Shown here piece by piece: positions 38,174-51,100 of a stretch of 64,000 nt of DNA. Location: the NCBI GenBank assembly GCA_951406725.2, contig OX597828.1:67952001-68016000 (forward strand), written 5' to 3'. Every line of letters begins with the position of its first letter. Position 1 is the stretch's first letter. Below the pieces are notes generated by a model. That model saw nothing but the letters and a program-made list of their open reading frames with translations, searched no databases and was not told where the DNA came from. The position numbers were made by a program, and so were the translations under genes. This stretch comes from Octopus vulgaris. Its lineage: Eukaryota.

Positions 38174-41100
38174 GTAAGCGTGCCTTGCTTGCCTTTTTTT
38201 AAAAAAAAATTCTACAATTTATACATATATGTAATGAACATCGATTAAGAAGGCGGCTGGTTTTTCTCTATCTTAACAACACGCACTCACATATCTATAT
38301 ATCTATCTATCTACCTATTATATTATATATATATATATATATATATACATATATATAGTGTGTTATGTATACGATATATATATATCCTTTACATCCTTGA
38401 TTTATACTCTGATCATCAAATATATTCCATTCGTTGCGGCTACGTGACTTACAAACATCATTCATTTTCGCCGGTTTCTTCTTCATTTTCGCCTTCGACT
38501 CAAATTCGCTAAAAAAATAATATTTTACACATTTAACTTTTCTCTTTTCGACATCATCAGAAAGAGTTAAACGAACAAAGATACAAATGCATCGTATTTT
38601 AATTTAATTTATTCCAATTAGGTCGGCTAATTTTAATAATTTAAACGTTATTGAACGATCCGTGAACTTTTAAGGTTGTGACAATCGACTATTTTCGGTG
38701 ATGATGAAATGACGCTTCATCAATCCAACCACTTTATTTTATATATCGTTTCTTTTACAAATCCAATCATTTTATAATGTATATCTATCGACAATCCGGT
38801 TAGCATTCATGAACTTTTTCCTTCAAATACCCTGTGGGTTGACTTTTTTCCTCGATCCGATGTTACAATTGATTTTAAACTCTTAATTAGCATAATTGAC
38901 CGAATTTTATTCTAGTGTTATACATACATGAGAGAGAGCAACTAAGGCAGTTTCTTATTTTTCTAACATTATTTTACTGTTTGGGTAAATTTAGAATAAA
39001 TTTGCCGTGTTACTACTTTTTTTTCTTCTGTCTCATTTGACAAAAATTGTCCAAACCATTTCATTGTTCTGTCTCAATTATTGATCACCCCCCTCTACAC
39101 TTGATGTCTTAAATCTAATTGAATTATAATTACTTACCGTTCTATTCTAAAACATTTAATTTTCATATTTAAACCTTATATCTGAAAGAAAAAAAAATTG
39201 TTTGCATCGCAAATTTCTTGAAATCTTTACAAATACGAATTTGTAGAATTAGGTTTAAAAACGGGATTACAAAAATTTTTATTTCCCTGTTAGCTTTCTT
39301 TAAATAATTATTTTTAACAAGTGGGCGAAGTCGATCCCTCTTTGACCACAACTGAATCGCTTCCTCGATCGACCACCGTTTCTCTTCACTGTCTGATGCA
39401 ATGTGGTTGATTTAAACAGTAATAATAGTTATAGTAACAGGGAGTGTGCCTTTTCCTTTTTTTTTAACTGTTGTGATACAGTATAAAACTTTTTTTTTTC
39501 CATTCCCATAAATTTACCTACAGAACTCGGTTTGATCAGAGATTGTCAGCTGTTTGTTAATTGCCGTTGATTCAAGAACTTTGGAATGTAATTATTAAAA
39601 GTTGGTTGGGTACACGAACACGACTTCTTGCTCTCTCTCTCTCTCTCTCTCTCTCTCCACCCTGTTTTGAGGCTTTTTCTTTTTATTCTTTATTAACTTA
39701 GGAAGTACTTTATTTTTTTAATTAGCTGTCATGACGTATTGTTTCTTTAATTAATGCTATCATCATGTGGCATTTGACACAATGCAGTGTTTGTTATCTT
39801 TTCACTAATTATCACATTATACTTAACATTTTCTTATTTGCAGGTTCTTTGATCTCTCTCTCTCTCTCACACACGTACACAAAACACATACATATAGTTA
39901 TGGATATTTATGCCTCAGGCGTTGTTTATTACATTTTTATGAAAGCCGGCTTAATATCTTGGTGCAAAATAGTCCGATTTATCTTGTATCCTCGCTACAT
40001 GTTGATGTCCAAGCCTGTGGTAGGACCCCAATTAAATTGAATCATGGTCAAAACGTTCCAGTGGTGCCCATCTTATCTGTTTCTAGACATAGTGCACCCC
40101 GAACTATATTAGACAATGTGTTACCTGTTTTAAAGGTAAAGGGTAGGTTGCTATTTCTAGTTTCTCTAGCGACCACATAAAGACTCCTCATTGAAATTCT
40201 CTACATCTGCAGGGTTTAAAGACGAACCCAAGCCAAGAAAATGCCGAGAAATATTTGGAGCTGGTCGTCTTTTGTGAGTTCGCTCCTAAAGAGACCTCAG
40301 GATCTAATTTAGTGACATTAGAATTGATTGATATTTATTAATTAATGAAACGTTAATGTACCCTGACCAACCTATCTTATCTAGTTGACCAGTTTGTAGT
40401 TCTTTTCCTGACAAAATTCCCCTAGTATATTACCGCAATTCCATAGATCCACTGCTGGGAAATGAATTTGTCAAGTGTGTCCCTTTGTGTCCCCTTGTCT
40501 TGGCTTCTAAACGATTTCAGTCGGAGGAAAATAAAAAAAAATAAATGTTCAGACTGGAGCAATTTGTGACAGCTGCTATAATTATATTACATAATTTTAG
40601 ATTACCACTTGTCCATCACTATTGTTTTGCTGAGAAGTACAAGTGGCCTAAGGCTTTTAATCGTATCTTATTAAACATTCACATCAAACATCAATACAGG
40701 AGCTTGTCTTTATTAAATTGCTTTAGGTTTATAATTTGCTTTATATGTATGTATATATATATGCACCCATATATACAATCATCCGTTGATATATTTTAAT
40801 TGTTCTGTCTTCTTTTAATTATTGTTCACAGGTTGTACCAGTTGACACAACAAACGAGGAGGTAATTATATACATTTTTTTATCATTTTCATCTGCTTTT
40901 CCTTTGTAATCTATATCTCTCCGACTCTATTTTTTCTCGGGTATAGATTATCATTATATATATACAAGATTTGTAGTTGTATATAATAATAATAGAATGT
41001 GGTTAGGGGAGAATCCGAGAACCTACGTGCATGTGGTTGTGATATAAGGTTATCAGGGTTCTATCACACACTTCCTTTACATTTGGAAAATCCCCACTGA

Positions 41101-42066
41101 AATCTTCGTTCCCTTTTTCCTTTCAGCCTTACCTCTCGCTTCTACCCCTCTTCTTTTTCTTCTTCTTCGCCTTCCACTTTCTCTCCTTCTCTCTCCATTT
41201 ATCCTCTCTTTCCCAATCAGCTGTAACTCCTTGTCATTTCTGTTCGGTGCGCTGATTAAATCTTGGCCTGACGAGTAATTAAGAGAGAGAGATCGCTCAT
41301 CCTCCCCTTCTCTCCCGAGTTTAGGTTCCTCGTCTTGGTTAGTTTTGTTTTGTGTGCATGAGAAATCAATAACCAAGTCTTCGGTTTTCGTGCTTGTGAC
41401 TGATATGGAAGAAAAATCAGTTACATAGGTCGGGTGGACGAGGGGTGGATTTAAAAAGTAAAAGAGAGATTAATAAGAAAAATGAAAAGGAGAGAAATAT
41501 CTGTGTAAGAGAGAGAGAGGAAGGAAACGAGATAGAAAGAGATTATGAGAGGGGAAAGGAAGGATTTTTTTGCGAGGTAACAAAAAGGAATATTAGTACA
41601 AATATGAGTACCTAATAAAAGAATAAAAGGGAACAGTGTTGAGTAAATTCTGTATTGGGAGTTAATGTTGGAAAAGGGGGGGTTAATATTGGTGTCGGAG
41701 CGGCGGCAGGGTGCACTCTACCTCCTCCTCTTTTTGTTCCTTACATCCTCCTTCTTTCTTCTCTCTCTCTCTCTCTGTAGATGTTAGTCTCTTTCCTTCT
41801 CTCTCTCTCCTGCCCATTACAGTCTTTCTTTCTCTCTCTCTCTCCCTCTCTGCTTTTTATTTTCCAGCTTGGAGATTGCTGTTGTCAGTGCTAAGTATAG
41901 CCAAGCATTCTGATTGGCTGACCAATTCGGTAACTGCATTTCCATTGGTCGCTTTCACGTTACATAGCCTGATAGACAAAAGTAAGCAGCAACTCTCCAT
42001 GCACTCACAGTTTACTATTATTATTATTATTATTATTATATTTTTACCTTTCTTCTTCTTCTTGTT

Positions 42067-42128
<62 letters not shown>

Positions 42129-45100
42129 TCTTTACCATTCCTCATCCTCCCCGTCCCTCTCTCTTTACTGAGCAGCAGCACCAAAGAGGGGACGGCTTTG
42201 ATGCCAAGCTTGGAAATTTCCACAGAGAAAAACTTGATGTGGAATCTTACACGTTCTTCTCTTGTCCATATTCTTTCTTTCTCTCTTTGATTCAACATAA
42301 ATTAAAACGCGAATCATGTTTTTATTTTTCTTCTTATAAAATAATTGATAATCTTAATTGTTTGGGAGTATTTTTTTTTTTAGCTAATAAAATGAAAATT
42401 ATAGAATTTAATGGGTTTTTTTTTTTAACGGGTAAATTTATTTTATAATGCATAACGGTAAAAAAAAAACGGCCAGGAGGGTTCCAGAAAGATTTTGTAG
42501 CATTGGCATTGGTACGTTTTTCAAACAATTAAGGATTTAAGGTGATCCTTCGAAAACGAAAGATTGCCACATTTAATTCACTTGCCGTAATTAATTGGAG
42601 ATTCTTGGTAATTATAGACTTAATAGGATATAGGATTCCACAGATGATTGTTCTCCCCACCCCGTAGCATATTTAGCTTGATGTCCCTTCGATTGAGTTA
42701 CCGTGGAACTTTTAATTAAATTTCAGAGCTCCACTTTCGAAGATATAGGTGATGGCTACGATGATAAATTGACGGAAATAAACCCTGTCCACATCCCTTT
42801 TAGCCATTCAGTCATTATCAAAATGAAATTTTACTTTATTTATTGCAATACAAATGGAAATCATTTAAATTACTGAAAACTTTAACATCACTTCCACCTT
42901 TCAAAATGCAGAGAAGTTGGGTGGGGGTCACCAAACTGTAGTTATTCCCTTTCTTGTTAACGTCTTAGGGGTTCCCAAACTGTAGTTATGCCCTTGTTAA
43001 CGTCTCGAAGAAGGAGTCACCAAACTGTAGTTATGCCCTTTTTAACGTCTTCTATATCTGAAGTGTCATTAAAATGTACCCATAACATAGCAGGATCGAT
43101 GTAATGTACCGGGTAACTAAAATGTATCATAACGTATCGGGGTGGATTTGTATACAGATATATGTACGTCCTAAGTGCAAACTTTCAATCGGCATCGAAT
43201 TCTTCCTTTTATATGGCTCTGTGATCTATAAAATAGGGATCAGTTCTCGTACGGTAGGGGTACAAGAACAATCCACTCTGCCCTACTCTAATGAAAACCG
43301 ACCTTTCATTAAGTTAACTCTTTTTTAAGCTAATTTATTCATTTTATATACAAACGTCATTGTGGTAGATTTTGCATTAATTATTATAATATATGGCCAT
43401 TGTTAATGCTTTGACACAGTTCTTTTGCAAGTGAACTGATACAGTTGCTGCTGTTTGCTAGCTTAATTATAGATTTAATAATAATCGATAAATTTTTGTT
43501 TTGTTTTTCATTTATCTTGATTTATTTAATAAATTTTCTGTATAACAAAAGGAAATTAGGTTTTGTATATTAATGTCCATTTGCTTTCATTAATATTTTT
43601 AAAGTAAATCTTTTCAATAAATCTTTTCAATTGACGCCATTTCTTTGGGATTATTATTAACGACCAAAGAATTAAATTGTAATTTTACACTGGACCTGAA
43701 AAGGAATTGATAAAACATACAAAACATACGTTAGGGGTGAAGTTTTGACCAGAGTACCTGCTACAGAGGTTTAATTCATTAGAAACTTGCCCTCTGTCAC
43801 AACTCCCAATTTAATTTTTTTACAAAATAGCAAAGATTGAAGACTTGAGAACTGACCCTCTGAAGTCAAGAAACTGAACCTGATGTATCTTGGACTACAT
43901 TGTCTAATGTGTTCCTCTTTGAAATAAGAAACAAAGTGGGCCGTGTTTTGAAGGAAATTTGATTGTTATTTCTAGATCAAGCAACTCTCACAGAGAGGTT
44001 TCCATTCTGTTGACGTTTTTCTCCACTTAGGGGTTGTTACAGTTGTTATTAAAAGACACCAGTGTTTACCATTTCTTGCCAATTTCTAGAACTAGTTTAG
44101 TTCCAGATGAGATGTCCCGATTGCTACTTTCTCCAAGGGCCCTTTGTTCCCTCAGTGTACTGACACTAAATATGACCCACAGCGCTCTAACCCTATATCG
44201 TGATCTCCCACTCCAAGGGGAATGTAAAAAAGAGGTATAAACATGTAGGCTAATTAACCATAAAAAAGGTGGGAGTGAACAACACAGTCTATACACAGAC
44301 ACTATGTATGTCAAAAAATAAAAGAACCCAAAGACTTAGCTAAAGGTGTTTGTGGATGGGGAGGGTACCCCAAATATTTGCAACTTTAAAGGGTTTTCTT
44401 TTATGTTTTTTCTTGATTAGGAAAGCCAAGTTCACCTCGAAGGGAAAGATATTTCTGTTGTAGGGACTTCAAATTTGTAATTTAATGTCAAGGGATTGAT
44501 ATTTATCTCTAGTGAATGAACTGTGTGTGTGTGAACAATTTCATATTTTTTTAAATTTTATATTGGTTGATCAGTTCTGGACTGTCAGAGCTTAATTTTG
44601 TTTGCAATGTTGATGTCTTGGAACAGCTGGTTGTGATATAGGGCTAAACACACACACACTGCTGTCTAACGATGGAGATATTTACTGTTACGCAGACTCA
44701 CTCACTCTACAGGTTTCATTAGATTATCCTATTACTATCTTTATAGTCTTTTTCATCTTTTAAAATCTGTGAATTAACTTATTGTTAAAAGTTCTTATTT
44801 ATTTATTTCCCAATAATAAATGGAATTGGATTCGGTATTTAATTTTTACCTTTAATATTACTTCAGACAGTAAGGTGGTAAGCTGGCAGTATCGTTAAGC
44901 ACACTAGGCAAAATACTTAGCGGCATTTCATCCGTCTACACATTCTGAGTTCAAATTCCGCCAAGGTTAACTTTGCCTTTCATCTTTTCGCGGCCAACAA
45001 AATAAGTACCAGTTGAGCTCTGGGGGTCAATGTAATTGACTCCCCCACCCAGCCCCCGAACTTGCTGGATTGTGCCAAAATTTGAAGCTAATATTATACT

Positions 45101-48100
45101 TCAAACCTTAAGTAAATTGTGATGTTAGCACTAGGCGAGGGCTGCCGATGTCAAGCTGGTTTCAATTCATTCTACTATCTATAGAAAAAAACATTTTCTT
45201 CACTTCCTCCTATAAATTATAAGGTCCTGTATATATTCAATATTTGTGGGTTTTTTTCTTTCTTTAATGGTCACTAGATTTTGCTGTCTAATTAAAATCT
45301 AATATGTGAAGTATATTTGCCATCTAAATATGGCTAACCACTAAGGGTGGATGTTACTGTAGCTTGTAGCCCCAGGAGAACATCTTCTCAAGCTGGCTAT
45401 TGACACACTTTCTGTGCCCTATCGGTATTTGCAAAGGGAAGCCACCCTTCCCATCGTCGACCTGACGTGATACGCACGGACCCAGGTTTCTGGAGATGTT
45501 TTCCTGGGGCTACAAGCTACATTAACATCCACCCTTAGTGGTTAGCCATATTTAGATGGCAATTATACTTCACATTGTCCTGCAGTTACTGTCTATACCT
45601 CGTTCAGAGATTAAAATCTAATAGCTACTGTCTAATCCATGGAATGGTTTTAAGGTGATCCCAAGCTTAGCTTCCCTGTTCACCTGATGATAGTTCATTT
45701 AGGTGATTGCAAACTGCTGCCAGTCTCTCTCCTAGGTTACATTTCTTGCTGATAGGTAAATAAACCAACCACCATACAGCCAAGGAGTCACTCTGCATGC
45801 TAGAAATGGCACCCCCACTATCTTATAGGGGAGAACGGGTTGGGCACAGTTGGAATGTCTTTGACTGGGGCCAAACAACAACTAGCTGCTGAGCTGTTAG
45901 AATGTATTGAACCGCAATAGATGTACTACAGCCATCTTCCTGCTAATATTTCTTTTACAATTGAGTTCATTGCAATCAGATTTCAAACTACAAAAATAAA
46001 GTCTCATCTACATAATATTGATTTCTGTCAGAGAAACAGTATTGATTTTATATTGATTTTTATATTGATTTTATTCAACATTCATGAGATTTGAACTCAG
46101 GATGTAAAAGAGGTAAAAGAGTTATAACCACAAGGAATTTTGTGCCATGTCATCTTCTACCCTTTTATGTAATATTGATTTCTTACTTTGGTACAAGCCA
46201 CTAATATTTGGTAAGGAAGAACCATTGGATCTACCAATTACAGAAGGATGAAATAAAAGGTAGTTGTCTTTGGGATTTGAACTCAGAACATACAAGGTTG
46301 TGGTTAATTACTTCAATTTTGTGTGCTATAGTTACTGATTCCACCAATCCTATTGCCAATACCTGCCATTCTTCTGTTCAATTTATTTGGTTTTTCCAGG
46401 CAAGCATCTATCCCAAAACAATATTGGATAGAATAGTTTGCTTGCAGTGTTATTATTTCTCTAATTTGTAATTAGCTTGATGTTACAAATCTTATTCCGT
46501 TGAAATTTTCCCCTTGGATAGGTAGGAAGAAACCACTGCTGCCTGTGTAAACTCAATTAGGGAATGAAATACCTTCCACAGTAACTGTCAGCAATGTTAC
46601 TGATTGTAGTTCTTCAAATTCCTGTAATTTGGGGTTGTTCAGTTGACCTGTCAAACTTCCAAAAGAGTTGTATCTTATTCCCATGACGTGTTATCATCAT
46701 CGTTCAACGTCCGCTTTCCACGCTAGCATGGGTTGGACGGTTTGACTGTACAGTTGGATGTCCTTCTGAGAGTGTAGTGGGTGCTTTTATGTGCCACCAG
46801 CACAGGGGCCAGTCAGGCGGTACTGGCAACGACCTCGCTCAAATCTTTTTACACCTGCTAACGGCACAGGTGCCAGTAAGGCGATGCTGGTAACGATCCC
46901 GCTCGAATGGTGCCTCCTACATGCCACCGTGTTGTGTGGTTCCTTTTTCTTCAGCCCACCAGAAATCATTGTAATTAGAAGACTTATTTCTGTTAACAAT
47001 GTTTTATATAAATTGGCTGTAATTTCCACTCTATGAAACTCCTTTCAATATTTTTAGGTTATTTGTTCTTCTGAATGTAAGGTACGTAACTCTGCTTGTT
47101 TCAGTTTGCCTGGCTGACAAACAGTATGCAAATGTTCAATTTTGTAAAATAAAATGAAATAGATGCAGAACAATCAAAAGAAACTGGTTGGTGTTCGCGT
47201 GGCAAAAACATTAAACTTCATTGTTTTTGAAGGATCTATAAATTTTACTCAAAATTATTGAAGTTTTAGAATATTCCTATAATTTTTACTTTTTTTTTTT
47301 TAATTTACCAACTGATTTTTCCAGTTGGTTGCCCTTGCTACTGCTGCTCTTCTACAGTCTAGGTTCTAGAACTTTCAAGCAAGATGAAACCAGAAATGCT
47401 AAATACCTTACTTGGTAGGGAAGTAAATCCCCCATCTCCATTTATTCTTCAAATTATCCAAGTTTTGGGGGAAGTAGGAATTTTTTTTTTTTTTATCCAA
47501 GTTTTGGGGGAAGTAGGAATTTTTTTTTTTTTTATCCAAGTTTTGGGGGAAGTAGGAAATTTTTTTTTTTTTTTTTTTTCTATTTGCGTGTTTCATGTAC
47601 TGGATGTTCTTTTTCTCTTGTTCTTTCAGACACGCACTCTTTTTGTGAATGCGTTTATCACAAACAATCGTTCTGATTACATAACACACCTGATGGCTTA
47701 CCATACAAAGTATCTAGAATGTTTTCTCAAGACTCAGAACCATTTAATGAGAGCTGATGGACCATTACCATTTGCATATAGACATTATATAGCTATAATG
47801 GTAAGTATTTCTTCATCATTTAATAACTCAAGACATTCTGAAAAAAAAAAAAAATTCATCTTTTTTCTTTATTTTTTCATTTTCTCTAAAGCATGAAAAT
47901 CCTTGTTTTTAAATTCTCAAGTTCTGTTTGCTGGTCAACAGAAGCTGCTAAATAGATGCAGCACAGAATTTTCATCTCTTAAGTCAAGGGCTCAAATACT
48001 ACTACCATCATTTGCTTACAGGCTATTGTTGTAGTGTAATCCTAACTTCAGATGTTCCAGCTATGATCATCCTGTCCTTTAAAGTGTGTGTGTGTGTGTG

Positions 48101-51100
48101 TAAGAAGGGTCTGTGAACCTTTTTGAAACAACTGCTGTATACCCTTTATTTTTAATTAAGTGGCCTGCTTCCCAACTGTGATTTCACATTGCACAGCACC
48201 TTGGCAAGTGTCTTCTATTATAGCCCCAGGCAACAAATGCAGTCTTATGGCTGGATTTGGTAAGTGGAAACTGAATGAAACCCATCTTGTATATGTATGT
48301 ATGCATATATAGATATGTGTTTTTGTGTCCCCTTGTCTTGATATAATGTAAAGGTTATTCATTTCCAACCTTCCATACAAAACATAATGTGGCTTTGGAG
48401 AAAGGAAAGTATTACCTTTCTTGAAACAAGTTAGGGCTGGCAATGCGAAGGGCATCTGGCCATAGGAAATCTGCTTCAACAAATTCCATCTTGGCTCATA
48501 CAAGCATGGAAAATTGAATTTTAAAACTTATGATGGTGGAAAGAATTGGCCAGCCCTGTGTGACTGTGAAAGTTGTATTGTTTGCTGCTAGGATCATCTA
48601 CAACAAATGCAGATTTGAAAGCTGTCATCATCATCGTTTAATGTCTGCTTTCCATGCTAGCATGGGTTGGACGGTTTGACTGAGGTCTGCTGAATCAGGT
48701 TTCAATCTTGATCTGGCTGAGTTTCATCCCTGTCGTGTATATATTTCATATAACAAAGAACATGCTAATGAAATTGTCCTTGTAACTTCAAGACACGAAA
48801 CCTCATTTCATCTCTTCATCACGCTATATATAAATCTGTTTATGTAAGAAAAAGGAAATTCAACCATTTGGCAGCCAGATTTTTTTTCCAGAAAATATAG
48901 TTTTTCAATTATTAATTTATTAAATTTATGATTAAAATAAGGCTTCTTAAAGTCAGTCTAATGAACTTCTTTCTTCCGATGTAGGCTGCTGGTCGACACA
49001 AGTGTTCCTACCTCATTCAACTTCAAGCTACTGAGTTCCTCTTACAGAGCGGTAATGCCGATTGGTTGAAAGGGTTGGATTACATCCCACAGAAACTACG
49101 AGATCTTTATGAAATTAATAAATTGCTTGCCCATAGGCCATGGTTAATTAACAAATCACATATAGAAGTAAGTTTCAAATTTTGGAGTTTTTCCATTTTA
49201 TTTTTTCAATTTTGGTTTCCCTTGAATCTTTCCTAGATTTTTCTGCTGTTCCTCAACAGGATTTTAACAATCCTATAAAGACAAAATACTGGAGGTGTGG
49301 AGAGTCAGTTTTTTTAGTCTTTTATTTTATTCATTTAAAATTTAAATAGCTAATAAGAAGGTTACTGTAAATTGAGAATCTAGTATTTTTCTTGATTCAC
49401 GAAATTTTTATCAATTTAAATTTTCACACTGGAAAAAAAAAAAAAACCCAAAAAGCACTCTCTTTCATTAATATAACCTTCACATAAAATTCAGTTCTTG
49501 GAATTTATATTTCCACATATGCTACTAATATATTTTTAAGAATGTATAACCATCATGACCCTTTCCTCACCTCTAGTGTTTGGTATCATATTAACCTAGA
49601 ATTAGCAATTAATTAAATTAACTAGGAAAGCCATCATAGTATATTTATTTACTGTGGTGTATATGGTGTGTTTATAGATATATTTGGTATGGTGTGTTTA
49701 TAAACTGTTGTGTTTGAGTTAAGTATTTTTATAGGTCTGCATGTAAACAGGCTTTTGTAGTCGGTATATAAAAAAGTGTTTAAATGAGTTTCTTTTCTCT
49801 TATTTCTAATGTTCCCAACCAACCAGCTGCGACTAGTCGACTGGTTATCCTTGAAAATAGGCCACCGCTTGTTGTTAGCTTTTTTACTTTACACACAAAC
49901 TACAACAAATAGAATGCAAACATGTTTTTACAGTGGCAGCTTACACAGAGTAAACTTTGCACATTTGTAACAATCTTTCTCTCCCTCTCGTGTAGCAGTA
50001 TCTCTTTACCCCTCCTCCAACGTAGCAGCAACTTAACAGTTCCACATTCAATACGAACAAACAAATAAATAAGAAATATAAAAATGCTTTTGCTCTTTGA
50101 AAGTCAAAATGGTGGTATCATTTCTGTGATATTCCTCTTTACAAATATTTCTCCGGATTATATTTTAGAGTCTTTTGATATGAGGCCATAGATTTACCAA
50201 GGAACTAGAGAGACCATTTCCCCAGTACATATTGTAGTACTTACAGTCCTGAACAAATGAATGACTTGTCATCGGTCTCCTTTGTTACTTCACTTGAATA
50301 AATGTTGTCTCCGTTAAATATTAAATAGTTGGTTTGACGCTACATTAACTGAAGTGGAGAAATGTTTGTGCATAATGTATGAGCGTTTAACGTCCATGCT
50401 GGCATGGGTGGGACGGTTCAACAGGAGCCAGCCAGCCAGAAGCCTGCACCGGACTTCTGTGACTGTTTGGCAGGATTTTTACAGCTGAATGTCCTTCTTA
50501 GCACCAAGCACCCAGCAGAGTGGACTTATATATAATCAAGATCCTCATCATTTAACCCTTTCATTGCTGTATTTATTGCTCTGTTTCTTTCAATTACTTT
50601 AAATATAACAAAGAATTTAGTAAAATAACTTAGTTATCATTAAGCTAGTGTTAGGAACATTAATTGTGACTAAGGTTTGGTGGAAGATTTTAATTCAAAA
50701 CTTATGAAAACAAGACATTTGTACTCATAGCCAAAGCCGGGTTGGTAACAAAAGGGTTAATGTTCACCTTCCACACTGGCATGGATGGGTTGGACATGCC
50801 AGCTGATTTGTCTTCATCTTCAGTTTATTAATGGTATAGATTTTTTTTATTGACCCTGAAAGAAAGCCAAGCAATGTAAAGGAGATCGACTGTTCCACTA
50901 CTTAGCTGTTTCACCATGATTATTAAATAAATGATAAATCGTTGATCAGAGAAAACTGGATTTATTTGCTTTTACATAATTGTCGAACATATTAATATAG
51001 TTTCCAGTGGATTTGATTTCATTCAAGGCCAGTGGTTTTATGTTTAACCCTGAATTGTGGTTTACAATGGTAACCTGGAACTGCAATGTAAATTTAGGTT

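Noticed and set aside
38561-38593. 33-nt in-frame exon [11 protein letters not shown]
   Set aside because: Donor GTATTT is weak and there is no homology support
40213-40273. Extra Sestrin exon (ctgcag|...|gtgagt)
   Set aside because: 61 nt shifts the frame, weak pyrimidine tract, no Sestrin similarity
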